64,000 nt of DNA, from IMG/VR virus record IMGVR_UViG_3300024496_000012, one strand, 5' to 3'. Both the position numbers and the translations under genes were made by a program. This DNA is from a virus. Below are positions 55,839 through 64,000 of this stretch, in pieces; position 1 is the stretch's first letter, and each line of letters starts with the position of its first letter. Below the pieces are notes generated by a model. It saw only the letters and a program-made list of their open reading frames with translations, did no database searches and was not told where the DNA came from.

Positions 55839-57427
55839 TAATCTGTCTCCCTATCCAACTTATCGGAATCTAGTAAAGTCGGAGCAAAATGCTCATGCAA
55901 TGGCCAAGGTTCGTGTTGAGGAACTCGTTTTAGAATACTCTTGAACTCTCCTGCCTGATATTTTTTAGGATTCCACCCCACTTCAGTACTTACACTTATA
56001 TTTGATCTTAGTGCTAATGGTGTAACAAACGCTGCTGTTTCTGCAGGGGCAGCTACAACACTGCTATTCATATAGATCTTTTCTGCGCTTTCAATATGAT
56101 TACTGCCGCTGCCTATATTAGTAGATCCTCCAGCGGTAAATTTATTGTCTATATTTGTGTTAAGATTAAATGTTCCGTGAGTAGATATTTTATTATCTTT
56201 GCCTACAAGAAGATTGTAATCGTTACCAACTGTGATCTTAGCATCGTTTGCTACTAAAAAATTTAAATCAGTCGCAACTTCAACCTGCCAGCGGCCGCTT
56301 TCTGCTTTCATATTAATATTGCGACCAGCTTCCATGTTTATATCTCTAGCTGCTTTAAGATTAAAATCTGCCTCAGTGTGTATACTGACGCAGTCAGAAG
56401 CATAGATATCTATCTTTCCCATGGATGTCATTTCTATCCATGTAGTACCTTGACTGTTGGCAATGTAGATTAAATCTTCGCTGTTATGCATCAACAACTG
56501 ATGACCTGTTCTAGTTCTAATCCTAAAATATTCATTGTAAGGAATGTCAGGTTGATAATCTTTGGTTGTCTTGGCTGTGGTAATATCTACATATTCAACA
56601 GGACCTTCATCGGCTGGTTTTTTTCTATGGTAACGATCATCTCCGTCATCCATGGTAATAGTAGTTCCACCAAGACGACTTACCGGAACTGGATTGGTTG
56701 TTTCATCTTGTATTCTACCAATCTTAGCCTTCTTGGCATTTTCTCTCCTATCTAACGGTCCTGGTGTACTGATTCCAAATACCGAACTCGGAGCTTCTCT
56801 TCTAGATGTTGAAGTCGTAACTCCTCTAACATCGTCTTCTAAAAGTCCTTGTTGTAAGAAGGCGTCAGCAATAGGGTGTACTGGTTTTTTTATCTTATCC
56901 GTATCGATCTGTGTTTCATCGCCTTCATTAGGATTACCGTTGAGACGTTTGTTAACTTCACCAACTGGCAAAGGCATCTTGGTATTATATTTCTTTTTAT
57001 CTTCTTCTGTGAGTTCTACTTCAGTAGTACCACCTATAGACGGAACCATATTATTAGCAAAGCGTGGCGGTATGCATCCAAACCAATAACCTTGGCTAGG
57101 ATCTCCATCAACAAAACAAACCATAACTGTTACACCAACATCTGGTGGAACAAACCACATTCCGTAAGATTTCTGTGTATCATTGAAATCTGCTTTGTTA
57201 TTTCCCATGAACTCAAAGCCAGTATAACCAAAGAATGGACTACAATACCTTACAGTGTATGTTTGATTTTCGTCGGCTACTGTATTACCTTGCTGTCTTA
57301 AGAGCGTGACTTCTAGATCACCCATAAAACTAGGGTCAAGATGATCTACCACTCTAGCAAGATAAGGTCCTGCTCCGATGTCTTTTGACTGTTGTAAATC
57401 TTCTGTTGGTCTAGATAATGTTGCCAT
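55838..57427 (-). CDS. gp5: Baseplate hub / central spike, gp5(VgrG)-like, without lysozyme domain
   Basis: N-terminal OB fold (A.VV..DP..G.L.V; YGMW..PP.VG..V.V.F.DGD...YW.G), RIRT.TGH..., and C-terminal 8-residue beta-helix repeats. Confidence 0.75.
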   Translation of the reverse strand: MATLSRPTEDLQQSKDIGAGPYLARVVDHLDPSFMGDLEVTLLRQQGNTVADENQTYTVRYCSPFFGYTGFEFMGNNKADFNDTQKSYGMWFVPPDVGVTVMVCFVDGDPSQGYWFGCIPPRFANNMVPSIGGTTEVELTEEDKKKYNTKMPLPVGEVNKRLNGNPNEGDETQIDTDKIKKPVHPIADAFLQQGLLEDDVRGVTTSTSRREAPSSVFGISTPGPLDRRENAKKAKIGRIQDETTNPVPVSRLGGTTITMDDGDDRYHRKKPADEGPVEYVDITTAKTTKDYQPDIPYNEYFRIRTRTGHQLLMHNSEDLIYIANSQGTTWIEMTSMGKIDIYASDCVSIHTEADFNLKAARDINMEAGRNINMKAESGRWQVEVATDLNFLVANDAKITVGNDYNLLVGKDNKISTHGTFNLNTNIDNKFTAGGSTNIGSGSNHIESAEKIYMNSSVVAAPAETAAFVTPLALRSNISVSTEVGWNPKKYQAGEFKSILKRVPQHEPWPLHEHFAPTLLDSDKLDRETD

Positions 57428-57439
57428 GTTTTTCCTTTA

Positions 57440-59809
57440 TTATGCCACTTGTGTTTCGCCGTTTTCTGAAGGTTGATCCGCTACTTCACCTGCATCGCCA
57501 AGGTCTTTAGCTGGTTTGACTGGTTCTTTAGTTTCAATAGCAAACTTACTACCGCCTGGAGCAGGTGTGTTAGGTTTGCCGTAATCTGATGCTTGTCCAG
57601 GCATCCTTACGCACTTTAATTTTTGTTTGAAAACACCATCATTAAAAATATTTTCACACATTATTACTCGATAGATTCCACCAAACGGACTGCTCGCAGT
57701 TTTGCCATTAGGAAAGTTATATAATCCATTACCATCTATCAGTCCTTCGTTAATATCAATAGGAGATCTAAAACCTATATGTATGTAAACATCATTTCCT
57801 TCATAGTGAGCCGTACCGTCTTTAGTAATCTGACTCACTCCGCCACCGCCAACCGGCTGAGCAAAATAATTCCCCATTCCGCTGTCAATCATCCAATAAG
57901 GGTCGCCTAGAGTTTCTAGATCTATAGTGACCATGTCTGCGCTGCTGCCTTTAACGAATGCGCTATGGAAAGCTTCTGCAACTTCTTTTTCAGTCGAAGT
58001 TCCTGAAGAACCGCCTTTAAACTTACTGATCAAATCTGGATCTCTAAATGGTCTAGCTCTACCCGTATTAGCTGTCAACCCGGCTTTGTCTGCATCACCC
58101 GATCCAGTTTCTGTTTTCTTAGGAAGATTTTCAGCTGTTCCTTGCCCGTCTGGCGATGCCTGTTTGCCTGCTTTAGCTTCGGCACTAGGGTTCACACCTG
58201 CATAGAACAGATTGTTAATATTAATATCAAACTTGAGAATGTCTACGTTCTTGCCAGTGTAGATATAGTTGTAGGACTTGCATATTTTTGTAGCTAAGTC
58301 TCCGTATCCTTCGGGACTAGCTGTTGCTGCACTGAAAACGCTTTCGTGAACTAAAAAAGGAACTACTCTAAAAATTATCTTTCTAGCATAGTCACCTGTT
58401 AATGAATCAAACTTGTCTTGTTGAAACATTATTTGTATATCAAGTTTAAACCATTTGATAAAACCGTTAGTGACATTTTCTTTTTTAAGAGCATTCATGC
58501 CATAGTCAGAGCTAACAATGACTTGATTGATAATAGATGTCAGCGATTGTGATTGAGAAAACTGGAAGGTCCTGCTCTTAGGATCTATCGCCATTTTATC
58601 TCGTTTCACTATACCAGTTTTTTCATCTCTCACATCACCATTGCGCTTTGGTACAAATGTTCCCCCAGAACTCTGAGAAAACCCAAAACTTGATTTTCCT
58701 ATAGGATTGTTTCCATAGTTTCCTGCACCACCTAGGTTAGGAGCAAGGTTAGTTCCTAAGATAGTTTTTTTCTCAGCAGCATTAGGATTTACTGTGGCTT
58801 TCTTTTCTTCTAGGGGCGGATTCCCTGTAAACATCTCATAAGTGTTATCAGGAAACTGTATTTCATACACGTCCGGAAATAAAATCTTCTTTTCTTCTAC
58901 TAGACGTTTTTCATTTTCATTGATAGTTCTACATAGACTCTTTTCACCGGTCACTAAAAGATCACCAACTGTTCCTGGTTCAAAGCCGCCTTCGGCTGTA
59001 CCTTTACCTGTAGTTCCAGATATCGATATGTCTGTGTAGGTAATGTTTGTAGCATCAGCAAACCCTTGATGGTTCCATGGGATTCCTTCTACTTTATATG
59101 TGCTGCCGCCTTCATTGACGCTAAACTTACAACTAACTAGTTTTAGTGTAAAGAATTTAGGTTTTACAGCGGTATAGATATTTCCAACATCATCATAACC
59201 TTGGATGTCTAATCTTAAAACAAATGGAGCATTTTGTAGATAGTTTACATAGCCTGCGTTGACTGCTGCTACCTGCATACTTTGTAACAGTAATCCCATA
59301 CTGTAAGGTTCATAAATGTCAAAACTAAACTTAATAGCATTGCTGTTCCCTGTCTGCGTATTTGCAGAAATAACAGCATTCATAGAAAAGTTGTTGACAA
59401 AAAATTCAGGCGATCCGTATGCGGTTTTTACTCTGTTTGAATCAAATCTTCCTGCAGACGAAAATACAACATATTTTAAATCGTTGGGACTATTTCTGTA
59501 AGATGCAGGATTATTAAACTGTGCAGGGGTTAGACAAGCCAGTGTCCAAAGAGGAGCATATGATGCATATTTTTCCAAAGGGTTAGGTATAACATTTGTT
59601 AACTGAGCTTCTATATTTGCACTAGTCTTTGTGGTATCTTGTAGTAAACTGCTGGCTCCTCCTACTATAGAATCTATAGCTCTAGCAGGATTTAAAAATG
59701 TCGAACGTAGAGCCGAGCCTGCGTTGAGTGCATTTCCAACAACATTCTGTACTATGTTAGTACCGTCGGGCTTACGAATAGCATCTGTAATAGAATCAAA
59801 CCAGGCCAT
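57440..59809 (-). CDS. Putative baseplate hub protein (gp27-like position)
   Basis: Large ORF between the gp53 and gp5 homologs; C-terminal LE.LGDPYW and GG.YRV...N.F..GVF.QKL..VR resemble hub proteins. Confidence 0.5.
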   Translation of the reverse strand: MAWFDSITDAIRKPDGTNIVQNVVGNALNAGSALRSTFLNPARAIDSIVGGASSLLQDTTKTSANIEAQLTNVIPNPLEKYASYAPLWTLACLTPAQFNNPASYRNSPNDLKYVVFSSAGRFDSNRVKTAYGSPEFFVNNFSMNAVISANTQTGNSNAIKFSFDIYEPYSMGLLLQSMQVAAVNAGYVNYLQNAPFVLRLDIQGYDDVGNIYTAVKPKFFTLKLVSCKFSVNEGGSTYKVEGIPWNHQGFADATNITYTDISISGTTGKGTAEGGFEPGTVGDLLVTGEKSLCRTINENEKRLVEEKKILFPDVYEIQFPDNTYEMFTGNPPLEEKKATVNPNAAEKKTILGTNLAPNLGGAGNYGNNPIGKSSFGFSQSSGGTFVPKRNGDVRDEKTGIVKRDKMAIDPKSRTFQFSQSQSLTSIINQVIVSSDYGMNALKKENVTNGFIKWFKLDIQIMFQQDKFDSLTGDYARKIIFRVVPFLVHESVFSAATASPEGYGDLATKICKSYNYIYTGKNVDILKFDININNLFYAGVNPSAEAKAGKQASPDGQGTAENLPKKTETGSGDADKAGLTANTGRARPFRDPDLISKFKGGSSGTSTEKEVAEAFHSAFVKGSSADMVTIDLETLGDPYWMIDSGMGNYFAQPVGGGGVSQITKDGTAHYEGNDVYIHIGFRSPIDINEGLIDGNGLYNFPNGKTASSPFGGIYRVIMCENIFNDGVFKQKLKCVRMPGQASDYGKPNTPAPGGSKFAIETKEPVKPAKDLGDAGEVADQPSENGETQVA

Positions 59810-59810
59810 A

Positions 59811-60113
59811 TTAAACTCCTAGAAACTTTTGTAGATTACTTTTCTTAGGAATATAAATGGTCACTCCTGGTTCAAAGTCATAGATAGGATCTCTAATAAC
59901 ATTCATATTCCTTTGAACAAACACCCACCATAGTTTAGATGTTCCATAAAGATCATAGGCAAGAAGATCTGGCCTATGCTTATATTGATTTTCTATAGTA
60001 TATTTGAAATCATCTGGTTCTGCAGGAACTGGACGAATAGTTAACAACTCCATGTACAGGTTGTTAATATTTGTACTAGCCCACGGAGATGTTTCAGGAT
60101 ATAGTTCTGACAT
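59811..60113 (-). CDS. gp53: Baseplate wedge protein gp53-like (LysM-like)
   Basis: Y.I...Y..RPDLLAYDLYG...LWWVF...N..I.DP..F..G..I.IP. Confidence 0.8.
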   Translation of the reverse strand: MSELYPETSPWASTNINNLYMELLTIRPVPAEPDDFKYTIENQYKHRPDLLAYDLYGTSKLWWVFVQRNMNVIRDPIYDFEPGVTIYIPKKSNLQKFLGV

Positions 60114-60114
60114 A

Positions 60115-61236
60115 TTAAATGAATCCTACCGTAGAGTTACCAGCACGACGACCTCTTGAATAATCTTCAAGACTGAACTGACGCAATCTCGATCTGTTGT
60201 AGATTGGTGATACTGTTACACTTATAGTGCTTAATACAGGAACCCACGTTCTTGTTCCAAAGCTATCACAAAGTATGTAGTTAACGTCATCTTTTAAATC
60301 AACAGTAAATGATTTTATAATAACCGGAACGTTGTCAAACACACTAGCACCGTAGCCTGTTAGATTACAAATGATCGGTGGGTTCCCTGCGTTTTCGCCA
60401 GTACCAAAAAACATCTTTGTAGCTGTCTTAAAAAATGTAGTTGCCGCTATCCAATATGCGCCATCTGTTGCTGTTTCGCAGGTAAAGTCGCCTGAAATCT
60501 GTATATCTTCTATTGTACTATTCTTATAAGAATAAAACTTATAGTTGCTGTGTACGGGATCGATTTCTGTGTAGTTTGATTTAGTAGTAATGTTTATAGA
60601 TGGGTTGTAAGGCCAGACAACACCACCTGTATTTTCTAAAAGACCAAACATTGGCGATTTAAACATACTCCATTGTGCGTTTATCCTAACACGCCAATCA
60701 TCAGGTGCTCCTGGATTCAACTTAATAGCTGTTCCTTGTTTTGCAAAAAGCTCTCCACCAGCAGGAAGATTGATGCCTCTTCCTAGACTAAGTAAGTTAT
60801 TAAGCATACCTGCTGCAGAACTAATAGTACCCGCCAATCCCATTAAACCACCTGCTAGATTTCCACCTGTGAGCTTTCCTATCGCTCCTGAAATGTCAGC
60901 AGTAATATTACTTGTGTTTGCTGCAACAGACTGTAAAGAGTTAACGGCGCCACCTACTTGAGACTGTATCTGTCCACCGATGCCTCCGAGAGCACCAAGA
61001 CTCCCAGGTATTTGATTACCGAAGTTTCCGAGACCTTGTTTAATATTGCCTGTGAAACTGTTTAGACCGCTGCCAATACCACCACTCTGTTGGTTGACCA
61101 CTGAGTCTAAGTTGGCCTTTGCCAAGGTATTACTGGCATTGCCCATGGCACTGCTTGCTGCGTTAGAGGCCTCTGAGATCTTAGCACCAAGTTGTTGTAC
61201 CAATAAGGCCTGCGGGTTTATAGATAATCCTGCCAT
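60115..61236 (-). CDS. Baseplate/tail-tube junction protein (gp48/gp54-like) with Gly-rich N-terminus
   Basis: Low-complexity G/A/S N-terminus, then GVVWPY.P.I...Y...P.HSNY...I.ISG.F...PP.IC.L.GYG..FDNVPV.I.SF; ATG 61236 fits RBS spacing better than TTG 61245. Confidence 0.55.
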   Translation of the reverse strand: MAGLSINPQALLVQQLGAKISEASNAASSAMGNASNTLAKANLDSVVNQQSGGIGSGLNSFTGNIKQGLGNFGNQIPGSLGALGGIGGQIQSQVGGAVNSLQSVAANTSNITADISGAIGKLTGGNLAGGLMGLAGTISSAAGMLNNLLSLGRGINLPAGGELFAKQGTAIKLNPGAPDDWRVRINAQWSMFKSPMFGLLENTGGVVWPYNPSINITTKSNYTEIDPVHSNYKFYSYKNSTIEDIQISGDFTCETATDGAYWIAATTFFKTATKMFFGTGENAGNPPIICNLTGYGASVFDNVPVIIKSFTVDLKDDVNYILCDSFGTRTWVPVLSTISVTVSPIYNRSRLRQFSLEDYSRGRRAGNSTVGFI

Positions 61237-61262
61237 TTTGAACAAATTTCCTCTTTATACTC

Positions 61263-61270
61263 TATTTATT
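61263..61270 (-). promoter_or_regulatory. Late promoter motif AATAAATA heading the baseplate operon
   Basis: In the divergent intergenic gap upstream of the first baseplate gene. Confidence 0.6.
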
Positions 61271-61317
61271 CTTAATAAAATATGCTATTATTATAAGTAC
61301 TAGGAGAATGACATCTA

Positions 61318-62163
61318 ATGACTATTCCAAAAATAAAATATCTAACAAATAAAGATCTCCTCAGAGAGATACACCTTAGTAAAAATACATATTGCAGTTT
61401 CGATAAGCCTGAACATCACGAATATGATTTGATACTGCCCAGTCTAGACAAAATCAATATTAGAACTATAGCAGAAGCCAAGAGAAATAAGGCTTCTAAG
61501 CTCAGTAAGCGAGCCTATGAAGCTGCCCAAGCAGCAGGTGGCAAAAAACTAAGCCCAAAAGATTTTGAAGTAGATTACAAAAAAGTAGCTAAGGTCGATG
61601 TAGTGTTTAGGATCATGACTTTCGAGCATATCCCGTTAGCACCAGGAAGAAAAAAGACTCTTAAAAATACTGCCGACAGCCACGAAAAAATCAACTTTCC
61701 TCCATTCCAACATTGGAAGTTTGACGACAACGATAACCTTATCTGCGTAGGTAAAAGCCACTGGAAAGGTGGGCTTGTCAAAGGTGTTTACAGCAAGGAC
61801 CACGGAAAGATGACTGACAATCTTGCCCGCATGTTCTTGAAGCTCTGTGATCGTTATGCTACTCGCGGCAACGTCCGTGGCTATACCTACAATGATGAAA
61901 TGAAGGGCCAGGCCATTTTGCAGCTCACACAGATAGGACTACAGTTTGACGAATCTAAATCAGATAATCCGTTTGCTTACTATACTGCTGCTGTCACTAA
62001 TAGTTTCGTTCGTATCATTAATATTGAGAAGCGGAATCAAAATATCCGAGATGATATCTTAGAAATGAACGGAATGACTCCTAGTTGGACTCGACAAAAT
62101 AGTGGCAGTTCTACAGCACCAGCAGCACCAGCAGCCCCTGTAAGCAGTGATGATTGGGATTGA
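61318..62163 (+). CDS. gp55: Late-transcription sigma factor, gp55-like
   Basis: YL.NKDLL.EI..., LA.MF.KL..RYA...N.RGYTYNDEM..QA..QL...FD..KS.NPFAY.T....NSF.R.I..EK. Confidence 0.9.
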   Translation: MTIPKIKYLTNKDLLREIHLSKNTYCSFDKPEHHEYDLILPSLDKINIRTIAEAKRNKASKLSKRAYEAAQAAGGKKLSPKDFEVDYKKVAKVDVVFRIMTFEHIPLAPGRKKTLKNTADSHEKINFPPFQHWKFDDNDNLICVGKSHWKGGLVKGVYSKDHGKMTDNLARMFLKLCDRYATRGNVRGYTYNDEMKGQAILQLTQIGLQFDESKSDNPFAYYTAAVTNSFVRIINIEKRNQNIRDDILEMNGMTPSWTRQNSGSSTAPAAPAAPVSSDDWD

Positions 62164-62188
62164 CTTGATTCAAAAAGAATTGTACACT
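62160..62188 (+). promoter_or_regulatory. Sigma70-type promoter for gp47/gp46
   Basis: TTGACT (62160-62165), 17 nt, TACACT (62183-62188). Confidence 0.65.
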
Positions 62189-62210
62189 ATTAGTGGAGTA
62201 GACAAAATCA

Positions 62211-63215
62211 ATGTTTAAAAAAGTTGCCTGTTTTACAGACATCCATTTTGGATTAAAATCTGGTAGTAGGATCCACAATCAAGACTGCGAAGATTTCGTA
62301 GATTGGTTCTGCGAAACTGCCAAACAAGAAGGTGCAGAAACCTGTATCTTCCTTGGTGACTGGCATCATAATCGATCAACGACTGATGTTAGTACCATGA
62401 ACTATACTGTTAGCAATCTAGAAAAACTAAACAACAGTTTTGATCATGTATATCTGATCATGGGCAACCATGATGAATACTACAAGGACAAACGTGAAAT
62501 ACACAGCCTAGAGTTTGCTAGACTGTTTCCTAATATCACGGTAGTGAACCAAACCATAACTGATGGCGATGTAACTATCATGCCATGGCTTGTTGGTGAC
62601 GAGTGGCAGAAGATTCCTAAGATCAAGAGCCGTTATATGTTTTCGCATCTTGAGCTTCCGCATTTTTATATGAACGCCATGGTGCAGATGCCAGACCACG
62701 GTCAGTTGCAGTCTACACACTTTGCTAATCAAGAATATGTGTTTACAGGGCATTTCCATAAACGACAGACCAAAGGCAATATCGTTTACATCGGCAATGC
62801 GTTTCCGCACAACTATGCAGATTCGTTTGATGACGATCGAGGTATGATGCTGCTTGAATGGGGTAAGGAGCCTGTTTATAAGACATGGCCTGGTCAACCC
62901 ATTTATAGGACCTATAAGCTAAGTCAAATCATTGATACTCCCGACAAGCTATTGCGTGAAAAGATGCATTGTCGTGTTACTATTGACTTGCCTATCACTT
63001 TTGAAGAAGCTAACTTTATCAAAGAACAGTTCATGCCACAATATAATCTGCGTGAACTGATGCTTATTCCTGAAAAAGTAGAAGTTGAAAGTAATGCTGT
63101 AGCGATAGATCTTAAGTTTGAAAGCGTCGATACTATCGTCATGAACCAAATCAATGCTATCGAAAGCGATACCTATGACAAAAAACTGTTACTGGAGATC
63201 TATAGAGACCTATGA
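62211..63215 (+). CDS. gp47: Recombination endonuclease subunit gp47 (Mre11/SbcD-like)
   Basis: FTDIHFG, FLGDWHH, MGNHD, FSHLE and FTGHFH metallophosphoesterase motifs. Confidence 0.92.
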   Translation: MFKKVACFTDIHFGLKSGSRIHNQDCEDFVDWFCETAKQEGAETCIFLGDWHHNRSTTDVSTMNYTVSNLEKLNNSFDHVYLIMGNHDEYYKDKREIHSLEFARLFPNITVVNQTITDGDVTIMPWLVGDEWQKIPKIKSRYMFSHLELPHFYMNAMVQMPDHGQLQSTHFANQEYVFTGHFHKRQTKGNIVYIGNAFPHNYADSFDDDRGMMLLEWGKEPVYKTWPGQPIYRTYKLSQIIDTPDKLLREKMHCRVTIDLPITFEEANFIKEQFMPQYNLRELMLIPEKVEVESNAVAIDLKFESVDTIVMNQINAIESDTYDKKLLLEIYRDL

Positions 63216-64000
63216 TAAAGATTAAAAATCTAACAGTTAGAAACTTTATGAGCGTGGGCAACCAAACCCAAGCTATCGACTTTGACCGTGGACAGCTGAC
63301 CTTAGTCTTAGGTGAAAATCTAGATCTAGGAGGTGATGACTCTGGCGCCCGTAACGGAACAGGCAAAACTACAATCATCAACGGACTGAGCTACGCTATC
63401 TATGGTCAAGCCCTAACTAACATCAAGCGTGATAATCTTATCAATAAGATTAACAGCAAAGGTATGTTGGTTACAGTTACCTTTGAAAAAGATGGTGTTG
63501 AATATCATATCGAACGTGGACGAAAACCTAATCTTCTCAAGTTTAGTGTAAACGGAGAGGAGCAAGATCTTGAAAATGCCACTGACGAAAGTCAAGGCGA
63601 CTCTCGAGAAACACAAAAAGCTATCGAAGAAATATTTCCAATGACCCATGAGATGTTTAAACATCTTGTGGCGCTGAATACCTATACTGAACCGTTCCTT
63701 AGTATGAAGGCTGCTGATCAACGAGCCATCATTGAACAGCTATTAGGTATTACTCTGCTCAGTGAAAAAGCAGAAAATCTCAAAGAACAAGTTAAACTAA
63801 CCAAAGATGCTATCAACAGTGAAAACACAAGGATTGAAACTGTTAAAGCATCTAACGATCGCATACAACAAAGCATCGAAGCACTAGAAAGAAAACAAAA
63901 ACTGTGGGAAGAACAAAAGACCAAAGCAGTCACTGACCTACAGAAAAGCATCGATGTACTGTCAACTATTGATATTGAGCAAGAGATCTCAAATCAACGT
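63212..64000 (+). CDS. gp46: Recombination endonuclease subunit gp46 (Rad50/SbcC-like), 3'-truncated by window edge
   Basis: Manual translation from the ATGA overlap: MIKIKNLTVRNFMSVGN...LTLVLGEN..NGTGKTTIINGLSYA.YG, then coiled coil. Absent from the ORF track because there is no stop in the window. Confidence 0.92.
   Translation, partial: MIKIKNLTVRNFMSVGNQTQAIDFDRGQLTLVLGENLDLGGDDSGARNGTGKTTIINGLSYAIYGQALTNIKRDNLINKINSKGMLVTVTFEKDGVEYHIERGRKPNLLKFSVNGEEQDLENATDESQGDSRETQKAIEEIFPMTHEMFKHLVALNTYTEPFLSMKAADQRAIIEQLLGITLLSEKAENLKEQVKLTKDAINSENTRIETVKASNDRIQQSIEALERKQKLWEEQKTKAVTDLQKSIDVLSTIDIEQEISNQR

Noticed and set aside
60700-61236. Gly/Ala/Ser/Asn-rich N-terminus of ORF 60115 as a separate repeat element
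   Set aside because: This is protein-level low complexity without exact DNA repeats, of the kind often seen in baseplate/tail proteins.
62113-62136. CAGCACCAG-type short tandem repeat at the end of gp55
   Set aside because: It simply encodes a low-complexity APAAPAAP tail and is too short to be a CRISPR or VNTR element.
452-63951. Many short opposite-strand or nested ORFs in the track (e.g. 452-658, 3004-3351, 36368-36844, 56652-57089, 62508-62897)
   Set aside because: They lie antisense to or inside well-supported genes and have no motifs or RBS; they are shadow ORFs produced by codon bias.
1-64000. Stop-codon reassignment (TAG/TGA recoding seen in some large phages)
   Set aside because: Code-11 ORFs tile the window almost without gaps, and TAG, TGA and TAA all terminate real genes (e.g. 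TAG ends ugd and ORF 9015; TGA ends guaC).
1-64000. tRNA genes, CRISPR arrays, introns, inteins, transposases or DGR elements
   Set aside because: Intergenic gaps are under about 75 nt. No repeat-spacer arrays, cloverleafs, reverse transcriptase, homing endonuclease or intein motifs were recognised, although a dedicated scan was not run.

Overview
This window is a 64-kb internal segment of a large T4-like (Tevenvirinae-style or jumbo) myovirus genome, densely coded in standard genetic code 11. It has five blocks. (1) 1-6.4 kb (+): a translationally coupled purine/7-deazaguanine operon (folE, guaC, MBD4-like glycosylase, cupin, phosphoribosyltransferase, HIT, queE), followed by T4-type RNase H. 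(2) 6.3-9.3 kb (+): small unknown genes, some behind T4-type late promoters. (3) 9.3-27.6 kb: an ~18-kb, visibly AT-richer cluster of about 16 enzymes. It encodes a UDP-sugar dehydrogenase, 2OG-Fe(II) oxygenase, minimal DegT-type aminotransferase, amidinotransferase, three GT10-like paralogs, a B12-dependent radical SAM, two twitch/SPASM radical SAMs, two SGNH proteins, two GT-A proteins and two GT8-like proteins. It is driven by TAAATA late-promoter motifs and abuts the tail-fiber genes. (4) 27.7-61.2 kb (-): tail fibers and baseplate, including four paralogous fibers, a 4525-aa wedge protein, and gp6, gp25, gp5, gp53 and gp48/54-like genes. (5) 61.3-64 kb (+): late sigma factor gp55, gp47 and the start of gp46. 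The best candidate for an undescribed system is block 3, which looks like a late-expressed phage glycan synthesis and tailoring pathway. Its enzyme families parallel aminoglycoside chemistry (oxidation, transamination, amidination, B12-dependent methylation, acylation), and it most plausibly decorates the virion. All calls come from motif recognition by eye; no database searches were run.
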